Positions 39,190 to 52,173 of a stretch of DNA of 64,000 nt are shown here, in pieces. Numbering within the stretch: the first letter of the stretch is position 1; every line of letters begins with the position of its first letter. Both the position numbers and the translations under genes were made by a program. A model generated the notes under the pieces. It made no database searches. It was not told the origin of the DNA and saw only the letters and a list, made by a program, of their open reading frames with translations. Source of the stretch: Ptychomitrium polyphyllum. Taxonomy: Eukaryota. Where the stretch lies: assembly GCA_973851085.1 (NCBI GenBank), contig OZ316775.1:3224001-3288000 (forward strand), written 5' to 3'.

Positions 39190-42100
39190 ACAAGTTCACA
39201 GCAGCTCAATCACGCCAACCACCTGCAGCATACAGCACGAGCGACCCTCCCCCTTCCAACACCCCATGCAATTACCTATCGTGCCCACCACCGACTGCAC
39301 ACAGAACTTCACCACCCAACCACCACCAAGGCACCCACTGGGTTGGCCAACTCCAGCCACAAGCCTGCACCACCATCACCTCGACCAAGCAGACGTGTTC
39401 ATTATCCACTACAATACCACACATGCCACCCACTCGGCCAAACCCTCTCGCTCTCCAGCACACGGACCATCACACGCGTGCACACCCGCCGTGCTCCAAT
39501 ATCTCACTTAATTAAGCTGCACCCGCTCCTTCAATTTCCCTCGCATCCGAGGGTGGACGGAATGTCCCGGTAAAAATAGAGAACTATACACAACCCCTTA
39601 CATGTATGTGTAGACCTTTCCTGCTGCCACCACACGTGTTCCAATTTGGTGGGGCACGCAATTTATCTTCTACTAAGTTACACACCCGGCCCTCCGAAAT
39701 CAGAGGAGGGTGACATCACCATACGCACAGCAAGACCCCTCAAAATTAGTGGCCGCATCGCCCTCTCCTCGCCCTCTCTCGCGCTCCACAGGAAAACCAC
39801 CACGACTCCCCTACCAGGATGGAAGCTGAGAAAATAACGCATAGCCGCAAAGAAAGACCCGGCCGACGCACGCGAGAGCCGGGCTCCGGCCACTGCGGCC
39901 ATCCGGGCTCTCAAAATGCTCGGCCCACTTTCGTCTGAAAGGTCCCTATCCCAGATTCCCTAGCAGCCGCTCCACTGCAGCATGTACGTTCCCACCGACG
40001 GCACTAAGCGCCCGAATGTTCTCTTGCGTATCCACAAACCCCATCTCCGCCAGCTGGGACAGCTGCGATGCGTACAGTTGCTCCGCCGGAACTGCATCAT
40101 CCGCAACATCACGTCCAACCAGTCAGACCCACCGCGCCCGCTCGTCCGACGACCCACAGACAGCACCGACCAGCCCCTCGGGTCATCCGTCGGGGCCCCG
40201 GCCCATCCCGCCACAACACTGCCACTGTACCGGATGCCACGGGCACGTCTCGTGCAAACGCCTGCCCCCTCTCCCCCCCTCCCTCCCGGACCACACTACT
40301 CAAGGGTCATAGTCACGTACCGTCAGGGTTGCCAGGCGCGGCACCACCGAGTCCTCCAAACATGTTCAGCAAAGCATCCATGTTCATCCCCGGAGCTCCA
40401 ACCAGACCCCCTCCCGCTGCGCCCGTGTTCCTGCAAATAAATGTAGCCCAAGGTTAGGGGTGTCTCCAGCCTCATGCCAAGACTCACGAACCCCATGACG
40501 GCACACGGAACAACCCAAATGCCCCTTCGCACCGCGCGCTACCAGCCCAACCGCACTCGAAACCTGCAGCAAGGGTGTGTCCGCCACACATAGCCGCATA
40601 AGCCTAATCGCCACAACATTATCGTGCACATCGACGAGGTGAAAGAACGTACTGTCCGGTGGCTTGCGGTCCGCGCGTACCCATCATTTGTTGCTGCAGT
40701 TGCATCAGTTGCTGCAGGACATCACGGGCCACGTCCAACGAGCTCATTTCAGTCGCACAAACACTGGCATGAGCATAATGGAACATCTGATGACTGCACT
40801 CGACATCCAAGCAATGCACCTTGACCCTTCAAAACTCCTACCGTCGCCGCACACACCTTGCAGCACGTGTGTTGCGATCCAGCAACTGAACAGATTCTAC
40901 ATCATCACCGCATGCTGCCCGACATACAAATCCAAGACCAAGTACCTGCAGGCTCTCGGGACTGCTCATCTGCCGGATGAAGTCTGGACTCTGCATCATC
41001 TCTCTAAATTGGGGGTTCTGATTCAACATCGTTCGGAGCTGGGGCTGCATGTTCATTATCTGCCACACCACCACCAGCGGGCATGAGAACGGAACCTCGC
41101 CACAAATCCAGTCGGGTCAAACGACCCAAGAGCGGCGGGACCTCGCCAGAACAATGCCCAATCGTGCAAAGGCCTCACACGACGGAGACGTCGACTGGTA
41201 CGACAGAGAGCAGACCACAGAATCCTTCCTCGTCCTGCAGGTCAAGCACCTCGTCATCCTTCCAGGTGCGATGCCAGAAGGATAGCCTCACCTGGTCCAT
41301 GTATGCGGGATTCGACAAGAGCCCCTGCATCATCTGCTGTATTTGGGGGTTCTGAAGCATCTGCTGCATCGTCGTCGGATCCAAGAGGCCCCCTCCGCCA
41401 CCCATCATTCCAAGGTCCGGCAGCCCCAACCCCGCGAGCCCGCTCAAGTCTGGCAGACCTGCCCCGACGCCCGCTCCGGGTGCAGCCGACGGGGCCTGCC
41501 CACCTCCGCTTCCGGTCCCCGCTGCTGCAAACCACAGCCCACCATACACTTAGCCACTGCTTAACGCTGCATCCATACATAAGATTTATTCATTCGTTTT
41601 AATTGATTAGCATTTAAGCTTTTTACTATCTCGTTACACCACTTGGATGCTCCAGATACACCTGAGTACAGATAGGATATACTGGTATCAAAGCATTCTT
41701 TGAAAACTCAGTCCACCTGAACACACCTCCCCGTCCGCCTGCCTGCATGGACCACAAAGGACCCAAACGTCCCGCCACCCACACAAACATTCTCCCCCCT
41801 GCAGCGACGCCTCCTCCTCGAGCACGTCCAGGGCCGCACCCTGCTCTAACACGCTATCCGCACTCTGCACTCACATCCGTCCGCGACCACATACCGACCA
41901 CAACCAGCACTTACGTCTAGGGTTCCACGGATTCGGCAGAGGAGCGGTGTTCGGCACCGTCGTCCCGGCAGCTCCCGTCGCGTTCGCCGCGCCCTGCCCC
42001 TGCGCCTGGCCCTGTGCGGCCCCGTTCATGCCCATCAGGGCTGCGAACGGGTTTGCCGCCATGTCGTTCCCACCTTCGCCGCCCATCGTCGCGGCGTTCA

Positions 42101-43791
42101 GCAGAGGCTCCTGCACCGTCTCGTACATGCGCCTCAGCATGTTGAACCCCTCCGGCGATGCCTCGATGTTGCTCATCGCCCGATCCGTGTTCCGCATCAT
42201 CTCGCGCATCAGCTCCGGGTTGCGAGCGGCGTCCAGCGTCTGCCGGAGCGTCCCGGGGTCGTTCAGGATGTGGGCCAGGTCCGGGTTCCGGTCGATGATC
42301 TCCCGCATCTGCGGGTTGCTCATGATCAGGGACCGCATCAGATCCGGGTTGTTCATCAGGTTCTGCACCGCCGGCATGTTCATCATCTCCCGCATCAGGT
42401 TCGGGTTCTGCATCAGCTGCTGCTGCACCTGCTGGAACTCCGACGCCCCCATGCCGAACGGCGGAGCAGCCCCGCCCCCCGGCCCCAGCGCCCCCATGTC
42501 CGGGAAAGCCAGGCCGCCCAATCCAGGGACGCTCCCCAGCCCGGCGGCGTTTCCAGCAGGAGCTGCGGACGCAGGGCTCGGCGTCGGGGCGGGACTGGCA
42601 GCGGGTGCGGATGCAGCCGGCGCTCCTCGCACCAGATGGACCGTGTGATCGGTTTGCAGACCTGATCCAAACATTGCCAGAAACACGCATCAGAGTCGCA
42701 ATCAACCTATCTGCAACCAGGACAAAGCTCGTCGCTTGTCATGTCAATCTGTAACGGTTCTCCTCGGGGACAACATGCTCGAAACGTGACGACCGAGCAT
42801 CGGACGACCCACGTACGGAGTGCAAACAAGTCCTCCGGAGGCTCCGTCGTTGGCATCCTTCGGTTCCAGAGCGAGCCAGACACAAAATTCTCGCGCCCCA
42901 CACGGCAAAGCAATTCATCAAGGACACCCGACTCGCAAACCGGCCTCCGCGTGGCATGTTTCACGAACACGACGCTCGACATACACATCACCCGAACGAT
43001 GAAGCCTCCACAAGCGCCCTGTTTCACAATCCTCCGACGTCCAGTACGAGAAACCGAGACAACAGAAGAGGGGGCCCGTGCACTCGACCAGGTCCGCATG
43101 CAATACCCTAAAACGATCGCCCGATCGACCTGCCGCCACGGAATTCGCACGGACGCCACCACGTCCACAATTCAACAAGCTCGCCCCAAACCCTAACCCG
43201 CCATCGCACATCCAATTCCCAAAGAACCACCACATCCGCAGCACCCGCCCCCGCCAGCATAATTCACCAGCGCCACCAATCCCTCGACCGACCGGTCCCT
43301 CGCGCACTCACCGTAGCTGTCGAGCACATGCTCGTCCTTGAGCACGCGCCCCTTGTAAATCAGCCGCTGCTGGTCCGCGGGAATCTCCGACTTCTCCACC
43401 AGCAGCCCCTTCAACCCCAGCACGGTGGCGCCCAGGTCCACCTCCACCGTGAACTTGTTGCCGTTCGAGCACCGCACGTGCACCACGGCGTCGCTGCCGC
43501 TGCTGCTCTTCATGCTCCCCGCCGCGCTGCCCTCCGCCCCAGCTGCCGCGCCCTCCGGCTCTCCCCCCATCGCTCCCTAGGTCTTATTCTGCCGATCGCC
43601 TCGGCACGCAAAACTGCCTCCCGCGCTCTCCCGCTTCCTCGCTCGCCGCCCGCACCGAGCTCCCCGCCCCAGCGCTCAACAATCCAGCGACGCCCAACGT
43701 CCCACCTCCGGAAGCTTCCTCGGTGCGTGTCCGGCGCCCGATCTTGGCGATGCGAACACGCGAATGGCAAAACTTTGGGGCGGGTCGCGTA
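39190..43791 (-). repeat. Right arm of the 4.6 kb inverted repeat
   Basis: Reverse complement of 29252-33853; identity stops abruptly at 39189 and 43792. Confidence 0.97.
39946..43570 (-). CDS. DSK2: Ubiquilin / DSK2 ubiquitin receptor, copy 2
   Basis: Mirror image of copy 1 with the same seven exons and identical ORF-track translations. Confidence 0.96.
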
Positions 43792-44180
43792 ATTGGTGAG
43801 AGTGAGTGATCCGCACTGAAGGGTGTCGAGTCCAAGAATTTATGGAGGATGAGACACCACTGTGCCCACCATACCCATCGCCCCGGAGCTACAGTCTCGA
43901 AGGCTTGAGTATCCGTCGGGCGGATACGCCTTGGACATTCATCGGTCGGATGATTGTGTCGCGTTGTGGACACGTTAGTGTCAACAGAGGCTGGTGGTTC
44001 GCATCTCGATTTCGTTTAGCGAATGTACTCATCCATCTTTTTTGTGAATAACCTTCTTAATACTTGCTGCTTGATGGTCATGTTGCTGCTGGCCACAGGG
44101 CGCGACTACATCGTTTACAGTTTATGCATGTCTTGCTGAGGACTACTAGAGTTTGGTTTGCCGAGCTCGAGTTTATTGCG

Positions 44181-47100
44181 ATGGGAAGCTGTAAGCGCTC
44201 TGTAGTTTGGCTTCGTAATGCACTAGCCTTGCATGCAGGAGACATCGGACGCTCGTTTCCTTGTAGTCGTCGTCTTCTCGCTTCGGTTTCTGATTCTGAG
44301 TTTTCTGGGCTTGAAATGACGGGTGATCGGAACGTGAATATCTTCGATCGGGCCCTGAAGAGCAAGCAGGTTTCTCTACGTTTGCGTACATGTGTTTTGT
44401 ACCGAATTAATTTTAGCTTTAGCATTGTTTAAGCTGTTTTTAGGGTGGAAGATTCCTATTCTTTTCGTTTTCGAGATTCTAGGTTGCGTGGGTTTTGTGA
44501 AGTGGAAACTGGTATGGATTTGGTGTACTAGCGTGGCTTTTAGCTCGACAGGGTTTATGGTGGGGGTTGCAAGGGGTTCGGTTTTAGTGACAGGATTGCT
44601 CATGTTTAGGGAATGTGTGTGCATGTTGAGCAGAGAGACAGGGCGTCATGGCTCATGGATGATAGTGACCCAATTCTGGACACTGTGACAGAGAATCTTC
44701 TAGACCGGCTACAAGTAAGTGACCGTTATGCCTTTTATAGGTGCTCTTTCAGGCGGGCTTAGTAGATTTGAGTGTTTTTTTAGGGGGGACCTGATATTCG
44801 TGAGTGTTTTCGATTTGTTTTGGAGGCATCCTTTTTCTAAGGAGGCTGCTGGTTGGATAATTTCCCTTTGTCAGGATTGCAAACGAACGTTTCCCAAGGC
44901 ATTGAATCTTGGTGGGGCGTTTGACGCTGTTCGCCGATTGCTCCAAGGACGTGGTAAGCAAACGAGTTTTTGACCGAAGAGATGCACTGGAGATTCTCTC
45001 TTTCCTTGTTTGAGGAACTGCTTAGGCGTTTCTTACACTTCTGGAGGTCGGAGGCTAGTTTGGACATAGAGTTATTTACGGTGAATCCAGTCATACTCAT
45101 TTGATCGAGGTCTCAAATTCGTGAAGCGGTCTAATGAAGTGATTGTTTTGCAGGTGGAATCCAGGAGTTGATCTCCATGGATATGTCTGAGGATATGATT
45201 AAAAGGTCAATTCTCAGAGCAGCCGAAGATGAAACAGCAGGCAGAATGGGCGGGGCACTGTCAATGCAGAACTTTCAATTAGTAGGTGATGAGGAGTACT
45301 TACCATTGCAGCCAAAGTACGTTCTTGCATTTTCTGACGCCCATATTTTCTTGAATTTTTGGACCTCATGTGGGTTTAGTTAGCAAAGGTCCGATTCAGG
45401 CTCTATGGTCCGAAGTCCCGTTCTGAACCATCTCGTCGTTTGCCCAGGTCGCTTTGGTGAATTTTGTTCTAGCAGTTACTCGTATATCACAAGCTCTACC
45501 ATGTGTCTTGCACGTTTTTAATGCGTTCTCTTGTACTAGGATTAAATGGCAAAACTTGTTCACTTGGCAGCTCTCTAGACCTCGTGATAAGCTCTTTAGG
45601 CCTCCATTGGGTCAATGATCTCCCAGGCGCCATGTCGCAGGTACTCTTTACTCAATGTGTGAACATATGTACACGCACGTGTGCGTGCGCACACACACAC
45701 AGTATATATGTATGTATGTTTGTGTGCATATATATATATATATATACATTTAGGAATGCTTACTGCTTCAAATCATTTTGCATCTGTTAAATTGCAATCA
45801 TATTTCCTTGACGCCTTCATGCCCTTAGTATTTCTCTTGGCTAAAAATGCCAAAAGTGCGCAGTGCAGGATTGCGTTGAAGCCTGATGGATTATTTTTGG
45901 CCACCATGTTTGGAGGTGAAACGCTGAGGTTGGTTTTTCTCTGAGCTATTTGACCAATATTTAAATGAAAGAAACTATTGCTGAGTAAGTCTTAGTTTGG
46001 TCTTTATTGCCTCTTGTACAATCAAGTTATGTTTTCTCATTCGATTTTTTTGCAGGCAGGGGATTGTCTTGTAGATGGTCCAGATGAGTTTTTGTTGAGA
46101 TTGCAACAATTCCTAGGTACTAGTGCTGGGTTCCTTCAGAAACGTTTAGGTATTTCTGACATTAATCCAAGTTGATGTTTCAGGGAGCTCCGGATCTCGT
46201 GCACAGTAGCACAAATGGAGCGTGAAGGGGGCGTTAGTCCCAGAGTCTCCCCTCTTGCTCAGGTAAAATGATGCTGAATCTATAACCAAGTTTCCTACTG
46301 GTTCATATTCCTAGGAAAGGAGCCATGATTGCCTTAGAGGCTCTGTTGCCTCCTCTTGGAAGTTCAGGTCAATAATAGAGGTTTCGCATCAAAGAAGATG
46401 ATGAAGGAGCATGATAAGCATTATTAATAAGTATGTTTTGCATGTTAAAAGGTTCGAGATGCAGGGAATCTTTTAACAAGGGCAGGATTTTCACTTCCAA
46501 CGGTTGATGTGGATGAGATCACCGTCCGGTATCCCAGTGGTACAGTTCGAGTTTCTTATCACCTTCACTAGTGGATAAATTTCTTGCTTGAAGGTTTGGC
46601 GTGCAAGTAATGAATCTTATTACCGTGTTCTGGATGATTTCCGATGTAAGAAAGTAAGGAGATTTGAAATTTGAAGATTGAGATCTCTTTTGCAGCGGTT
46701 GAACTGATTGATCATTTGCGGTCAATGGGAGAAACTAATGCTGTTCGCGAAAGGATATTGGTACGTAGCTTTATTCGTAGTGGATTTTTTTGTCGATTGA
46801 TTCAAGTTGCCAGTCATCTCAGCAACTGGTTTTACAATTGTGCACTAAGAAAAGATATGACTAGTTAAATTATCTTTAACGTCGCGAAAAAATTTGCAAG
46901 TAGGAGAATGGAATCCTATGAAAACAAGAATAAGCCTATAAACACAAGTAATCTAGCCGCCGATACTTTATAACCTGAAATGGCGCAGACTGTGAATCGA
47001 GATACAGCTTTGGCAACTGCTGCAGTTTATCAAGAAATGTTTGGAGGGCCTGATGGCACCATTCCGGCTACATACCAGGTAACTGATTCTTACGTGCTAT

Positions 47101-47456
47101 ATTTGCATTGTCTGTACTGCCTGATTTGCTTTATTAGCCCAAAGATATCATTTTAGGAGACTAATACTTTGAATTCTGCAAACATGGTGCTGTAGGTGAT
47201 CTACATGGCAGGTTGGAGTCCAGATGTTTCGCAACAGCGGCCAAAGCGCAGAGGGTCAGCAACTGTCTCGTTTGATGATTTGCACAAGGCTTTCTCTCCG
47301 GAGGCTTCTAAGAAGTCTCCTGATGATCGATCCGGAGGTGATCTAAAGCATGAAGTTCCCACAGAAGGCAAAGAGGAACCAGCAACAGGTGATAGTGAAC
47401 CAGGAACAGATGGTACTACACGATTGCCATCGGGCACATGGTACAAAATTGAGTAG
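44181..47456 (+). CDS. NDUFAF5: NDUFAF5-like SAM-dependent methyltransferase/hydroxylase (mitochondrial complex I assembly factor)
   Basis: Multi-exon gene: [123 protein letters not shown]-terminus resembles a transit peptide. Confidence 0.93.
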
Positions 47457-48901
47457 ATCCTCTGTATAATTCTGCATTAACGGTGTACCTAGTGGATTTG
47501 GATGCATGTACATCAAGTCGTTCTTAGTCACTTGATTTTACCACTGTAACCAAAATCGTATCAGTGTCGAACTCGTCACATCAACAGAGAATGCATGGAT
47601 GACTGTTTTATTTAGTAGGGGAAAGTCTGATTACGAACTCATAAATTTACACAATGATTGAATAAATAAAAGAAGTTTATAGAAGAAGGTGTGAGTAAGT
47701 ACTTATACCTTCAAAATTGTTACAAATCCAGAACTTACCTTTCAAACGTTCATCTTAGTTATATCTAGCAGGTATTTCAGCCACATATGTAAGCATGCAT
47801 TCCTATCAAGTTGGGTTCACAAACTTAAAGCAAGAGCACTTCAGGAAGAAGTGGTGAAGAAGAAAATTTATTATTAACAACAAAACTTGTTTCCACACAT
47901 TTTGGAAGGTAATTAATGTTTTGTTGAAATTCAAGATTAGAATGCATGCAGTTGGTGACAAAGCTTGTAATGGGAAGAAACATTTTGTCTCCAGCACATT
48001 TCCAGGTGGTGGCAGGAGCAGCAAGAAATGGTGGATGCTTAGGTGTAAACGTACTGACCACCTTCACTTCTTAGTTCCATCAGAAAAGGAGGTTTAAAAA
48101 AGACCTAACCATCCTTGTTGGAGAATTGATCCCTCGGTACTGTTTTTGTGCTCTGCTTACTCTTGTTAGGGACCAATTCGAATCCATCAACTTTAAAGTT
48201 GGGCGCTACTGATCTCACTCGATCGCAGTAATGAAGGCCATAGATTAAGCCATGATACTCTCATCGTGTGAACAAGCTTGTAATATAAAACTCAGTTTAG
48301 TAAACCTAAGCCAGGACTGAAATTGGGTGCATGCTCACGGTTTCCGTGTTCCTTGTCGATAAGCAAGGTCCTAGCATTTACAGCTTCGTTGTGTAATAGT
48401 GGTAAGTTACTGGAGGTGCCGCAATACCCTATGCTCTCAAGGCCATTCAGATAGCAACTAGACTCCATACCCAGGAGACTTTCCAAGAGTCACCTGCTTG
48501 CTTCATGCACTATGCTTGAAAGATTTTTTTCAACTTCGTTGCTATGAAACCAATAACCTGGTTCCAAATTTAAGATCCTTGCACCACTGGGTTGATCTTT
48601 ATCTCTCCTTTTCCTTCCAGCAGCCATAAACCTTCAGAAGAAAAATGTCCTGAATACCTTCTCGGTCGACATTCGTGCGTGCATTAGCTTGTCCTTGGAG
48701 CGGTGGAAGATGGCTTTTCTAATCAAACAACACAGGTAGTGACGTACTGACACTCTCCGCTGACCAATTGTCCTTAAATTTTCGATCTGTCAATTTCTCC
48801 TTGGCATTCAATGCACCTAGTGCATTAGCTGGCTGGATACCCTTCTGGAATCCTGAGTAGGAAGTGGATAAAGGCGGAGTTGATAAGACATACACATGCG
48901 C

Positions 48902-51262
48902 CTATACATTAACTGAAACTTGAACTTCTTGCTCCTGGAGCTGATTTTGCTCATGAAGTGAAGGGCCTGGATAAGCGATAACACTAGCACCAAAGCACAC
49001 ATCGCCATCGTACAACACCAGTGCTTGCCCTGGAGTAATGGCTCGTGCAGGTTTCTCAAAACGAATCTGCACACATCAAGGGACGAGCAACGTTTACAGC
49101 AGCACTCAACATTTGTTTGTTATTATTCCATTCTACCAACAGGCATTCCTATTTCCATAAAGAATCAAAATGAACGGGTCAGGTACCTGCAACACTTGTT
49201 TTCCTTTGTCAAGTGTGTGATGAACGCAAGAAAAACTACTGGATATAAATTCCGTCGTGTCCATCCCAGCAACACCCATGTTTTCAGAGAAAGCCTCCCC
49301 GCTTCTTGAGTCCATGAAACAAACTGTGCATTTCTCTAAGGACTGCCGATAACGGGCCTTGAACATGCAGGTGAGAGGTTGCCCATTTTGAAGCACTTTG
49401 GGTGTTTGTCCTGATATCCAAAACGGATCACCTATTGAAAATAAGCATAAGTATGTCTGTTGTCAAATAACTCTAGAACAATTAACAAGAGTCCGAGAAA
49501 AAGTGATACCTGTACACGAGGTGTGAAGTTGATGAACTTCCGGAAAGAGAAGAGAAGAAAGAAAACCAGATGCCCTTATAACATTAAACAGAAAATTAGC
49601 CAGAACACATAAAATATATTCAGCTGCAAATCAAAGTTACTCAACTGCAGTTGGTTAGTGTACCTGCAACGGCAGAAGTGCAGAAGAGAGCAGGATGGTC
49701 TGCACCCGCAGCTACAAACACAGTATTGTTTCGGACATCTTTTCCCACAACGTAAAACGGCTTAGGAACACCAGAGATTTTAGCTCGCTGACCATGTGTG
49801 TAACCTGCTATGCCGCTGTGCGTACCAAGATGGCTGTTCCCATCTACGCACACAAAAGGTCCGGGCTTCATTTCTACATACTCTGATATGAAACCTCGGA
49901 AGTCACGCCTCCCAACAAAGCAAATGCCAGCACTGCTACGCTTGGTGGCTGTTACTAGTCCTTCAGACACGGCTAAGTCCCGGACATCAGCTTTAGTTAA
50001 TGTACCCAATGGAAAGAGCACCTTCTCAAATGCATCTGCACCCTATCAACAGCGCGGGATTAGACAAGTCACATCTTATTTATGTATCTGGTATATTCTT
50101 CACCAGCAATGACGGCAGTAATAGCAGCAACATCAGAGTCGGGACCATACCACATTTGCTAAGAAGTACGATTGGTCTTTGTTCTCGTCAATCCCGCGGA
50201 GGAGCTGAACGGGGCCACCAGACTGAGGTTGCCTGAGCCGAGCATAATGCCCTGTTGCAAGTTTATCAGCTCCCATCTGCAAAGCGTTCTCCAAAAGGGC
50301 ATCAAACTGCCACAAGAAAAACAAAATTGGCGAGTAATACAATGGGAGTAAACAGAGTTTCTTATTTTCTAATGAAGTGATGTAAGGAGTCCAGCATTCA
50401 AAGAAGACGTTTACTTGTCTCTCAATTCTCCAAAACGAACTTGTTAGACAACAGATTTTGCAATGAAGAAAGCAGGAAAGAGAAGTGGAGCACCTTGATA
50501 TGCTGATTACAAGCAAGGTCGGGGTTTGGAGTAAGGCCCATTGCAAACTTCTGCGTGAAAGTCTCAAAAACCTGAGTCCAGTACTGCTTTTGATAATCCG
50601 AATGGTGTAATTTAATGCCTGGACACATAACATACTACAATCAGTAAATGCGAAGCCACCCCTATTAATCGTACTGAGACAACTTTGCAATTAGCTAGGA
50701 TTCAGATCCCACTCGAAATCAAGCAAGTCCATACCATAAAATTGAATTGCATATCGTTTACCCGACCAATAACAAAGAAAAGCGAATGAGAGCACAAGAA
50801 GGCACCAAGATGTTTGCAGACCCGTCGAGCATCTTCATAGTCCTCATCAGCTGTGCAGTGACCACCGCCTGCCTCATCCCGCGAGTCCCAATTACGCATG
50901 TAGACTCCAAAAACCTCATATCCCTGCACACGATCGGCAACATCAAGTTTCAAAACACCGAAAAGTAATAACTAGATTAGGGTTTAGGGTCATCAGTGAC
51001 TAAGCAGGGTTCTGGATTTAAGTGAATTTGCAAAAGAAATCAAAAGAATAACCTGGCGTTGGAGGAGCAGAGCTGCAACAGAAGAATCCACTCCTCCAGA
51101 CATCCCCACCGCCACGACGCCCCGTCTGCCCTCTCGAAAAGTGCTAAGCCTACATGACGTAAAACCTCCTCCAGAAGTGGAATCAAAGCCTCCATCTCCT
51201 CTCAAAAAATGGGCAAAGATCCGCTTGAAAGGGCGCACAAGGCCCCTCCCTCCACGACTCAT
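48902..51262 (-). CDS. mnmA: tRNA-specific 2-thiouridylase MnmA/TRMU, probably organellar
   Basis: Multi-exon gene with [63 protein letters not shown] and [12 protein letters not shown]; stop TAG at 48904-48902. Confidence 0.94.
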
Positions 51263-52173
51263 CACGGCAATCGCACGAAATTTTTTTTGCCTCCTGTGTG
51301 ATCCCTCTTACTGTGGCCAAACACCTCACCGTTCTCCCAACTCTCGCAGGTGAATACAAATCGTATTGTTTCTTCGAAACAGTAAACTCGAAACAAACTG
51401 TGGTTTTAACAATCTGTGGTTTAACTAATCGTCACATCCCTCATGATGGTATCCCATGAGTGTTTTGCATCTGCATTCAGAAAGATGACAATTGCAAGCC
51501 AGATCCAAAGTTAACCGGGCCAGCGGTGATCACGTCGCTCTTGCAACTGAACTCCTGAAGATCCAGCACAAATCAATGCCGGCAATCTAGAAAAGTTGAG
51601 AAACGACAGATCTACTAATCGAGTAAGCAAAACTCAAGGCTTTGGTACATTTTTGGAGAACTAGGTCTTACGAACTTCTGTCAAATTCCAAACGAAGTTC
51701 GAACGCTGAAACTAAACTCGGTTGCCCGAAAACTGGATTTTTAGCGGGACCCACGTGAGAACTCTCACAATTCTCATACTGAAATATAGAATTACTGTGA
51801 CCCCGAAAGGATTCAATGGCAGAATTCTAGAAAAGCATTTGTTATGAATTTGGAACCTTATCCAGAACTCAGGCAGGCTCCTCTTCTCTTCACTCTCTCA
51901 CTGCGCACAACAAAACTGGGGGATTTTTTCTCATCAAAGCTTCTACCGCAGCCACTTTAGGCTCCTCGAGCTTTCTCTTTAGGAGCCTCGCAGGCTAGCA
52001 GCGTCTTTTTACTTACTATTGTTGACATGTAGGTGCAGAGCTTAGAGAGGTGAATTGTAGATGGAGTAGTGGGTTGAACACTTGAATTCCGGGGTGTATT
52101 GCGAAGGGGAGCCTGGTGCCATAGCTGGTGCAAGGAGCTCGAAGGGAAAGCGAGGGGAGGGGTTTGTCACGTA

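Noticed and set aside
45685..45750. (CA)n and (TA)n runs in an NDUFAF5 intron
   Set aside because: Ordinary microsatellites.
50977..50990. TTAGGGTTTAGGGT telomere-like sequence (similar telo-boxes at ~29847, ~43188, ~63642)
   Set aside because: One or two units near gene 5' ends are common plant telo-boxes, not an interstitial telomere array.
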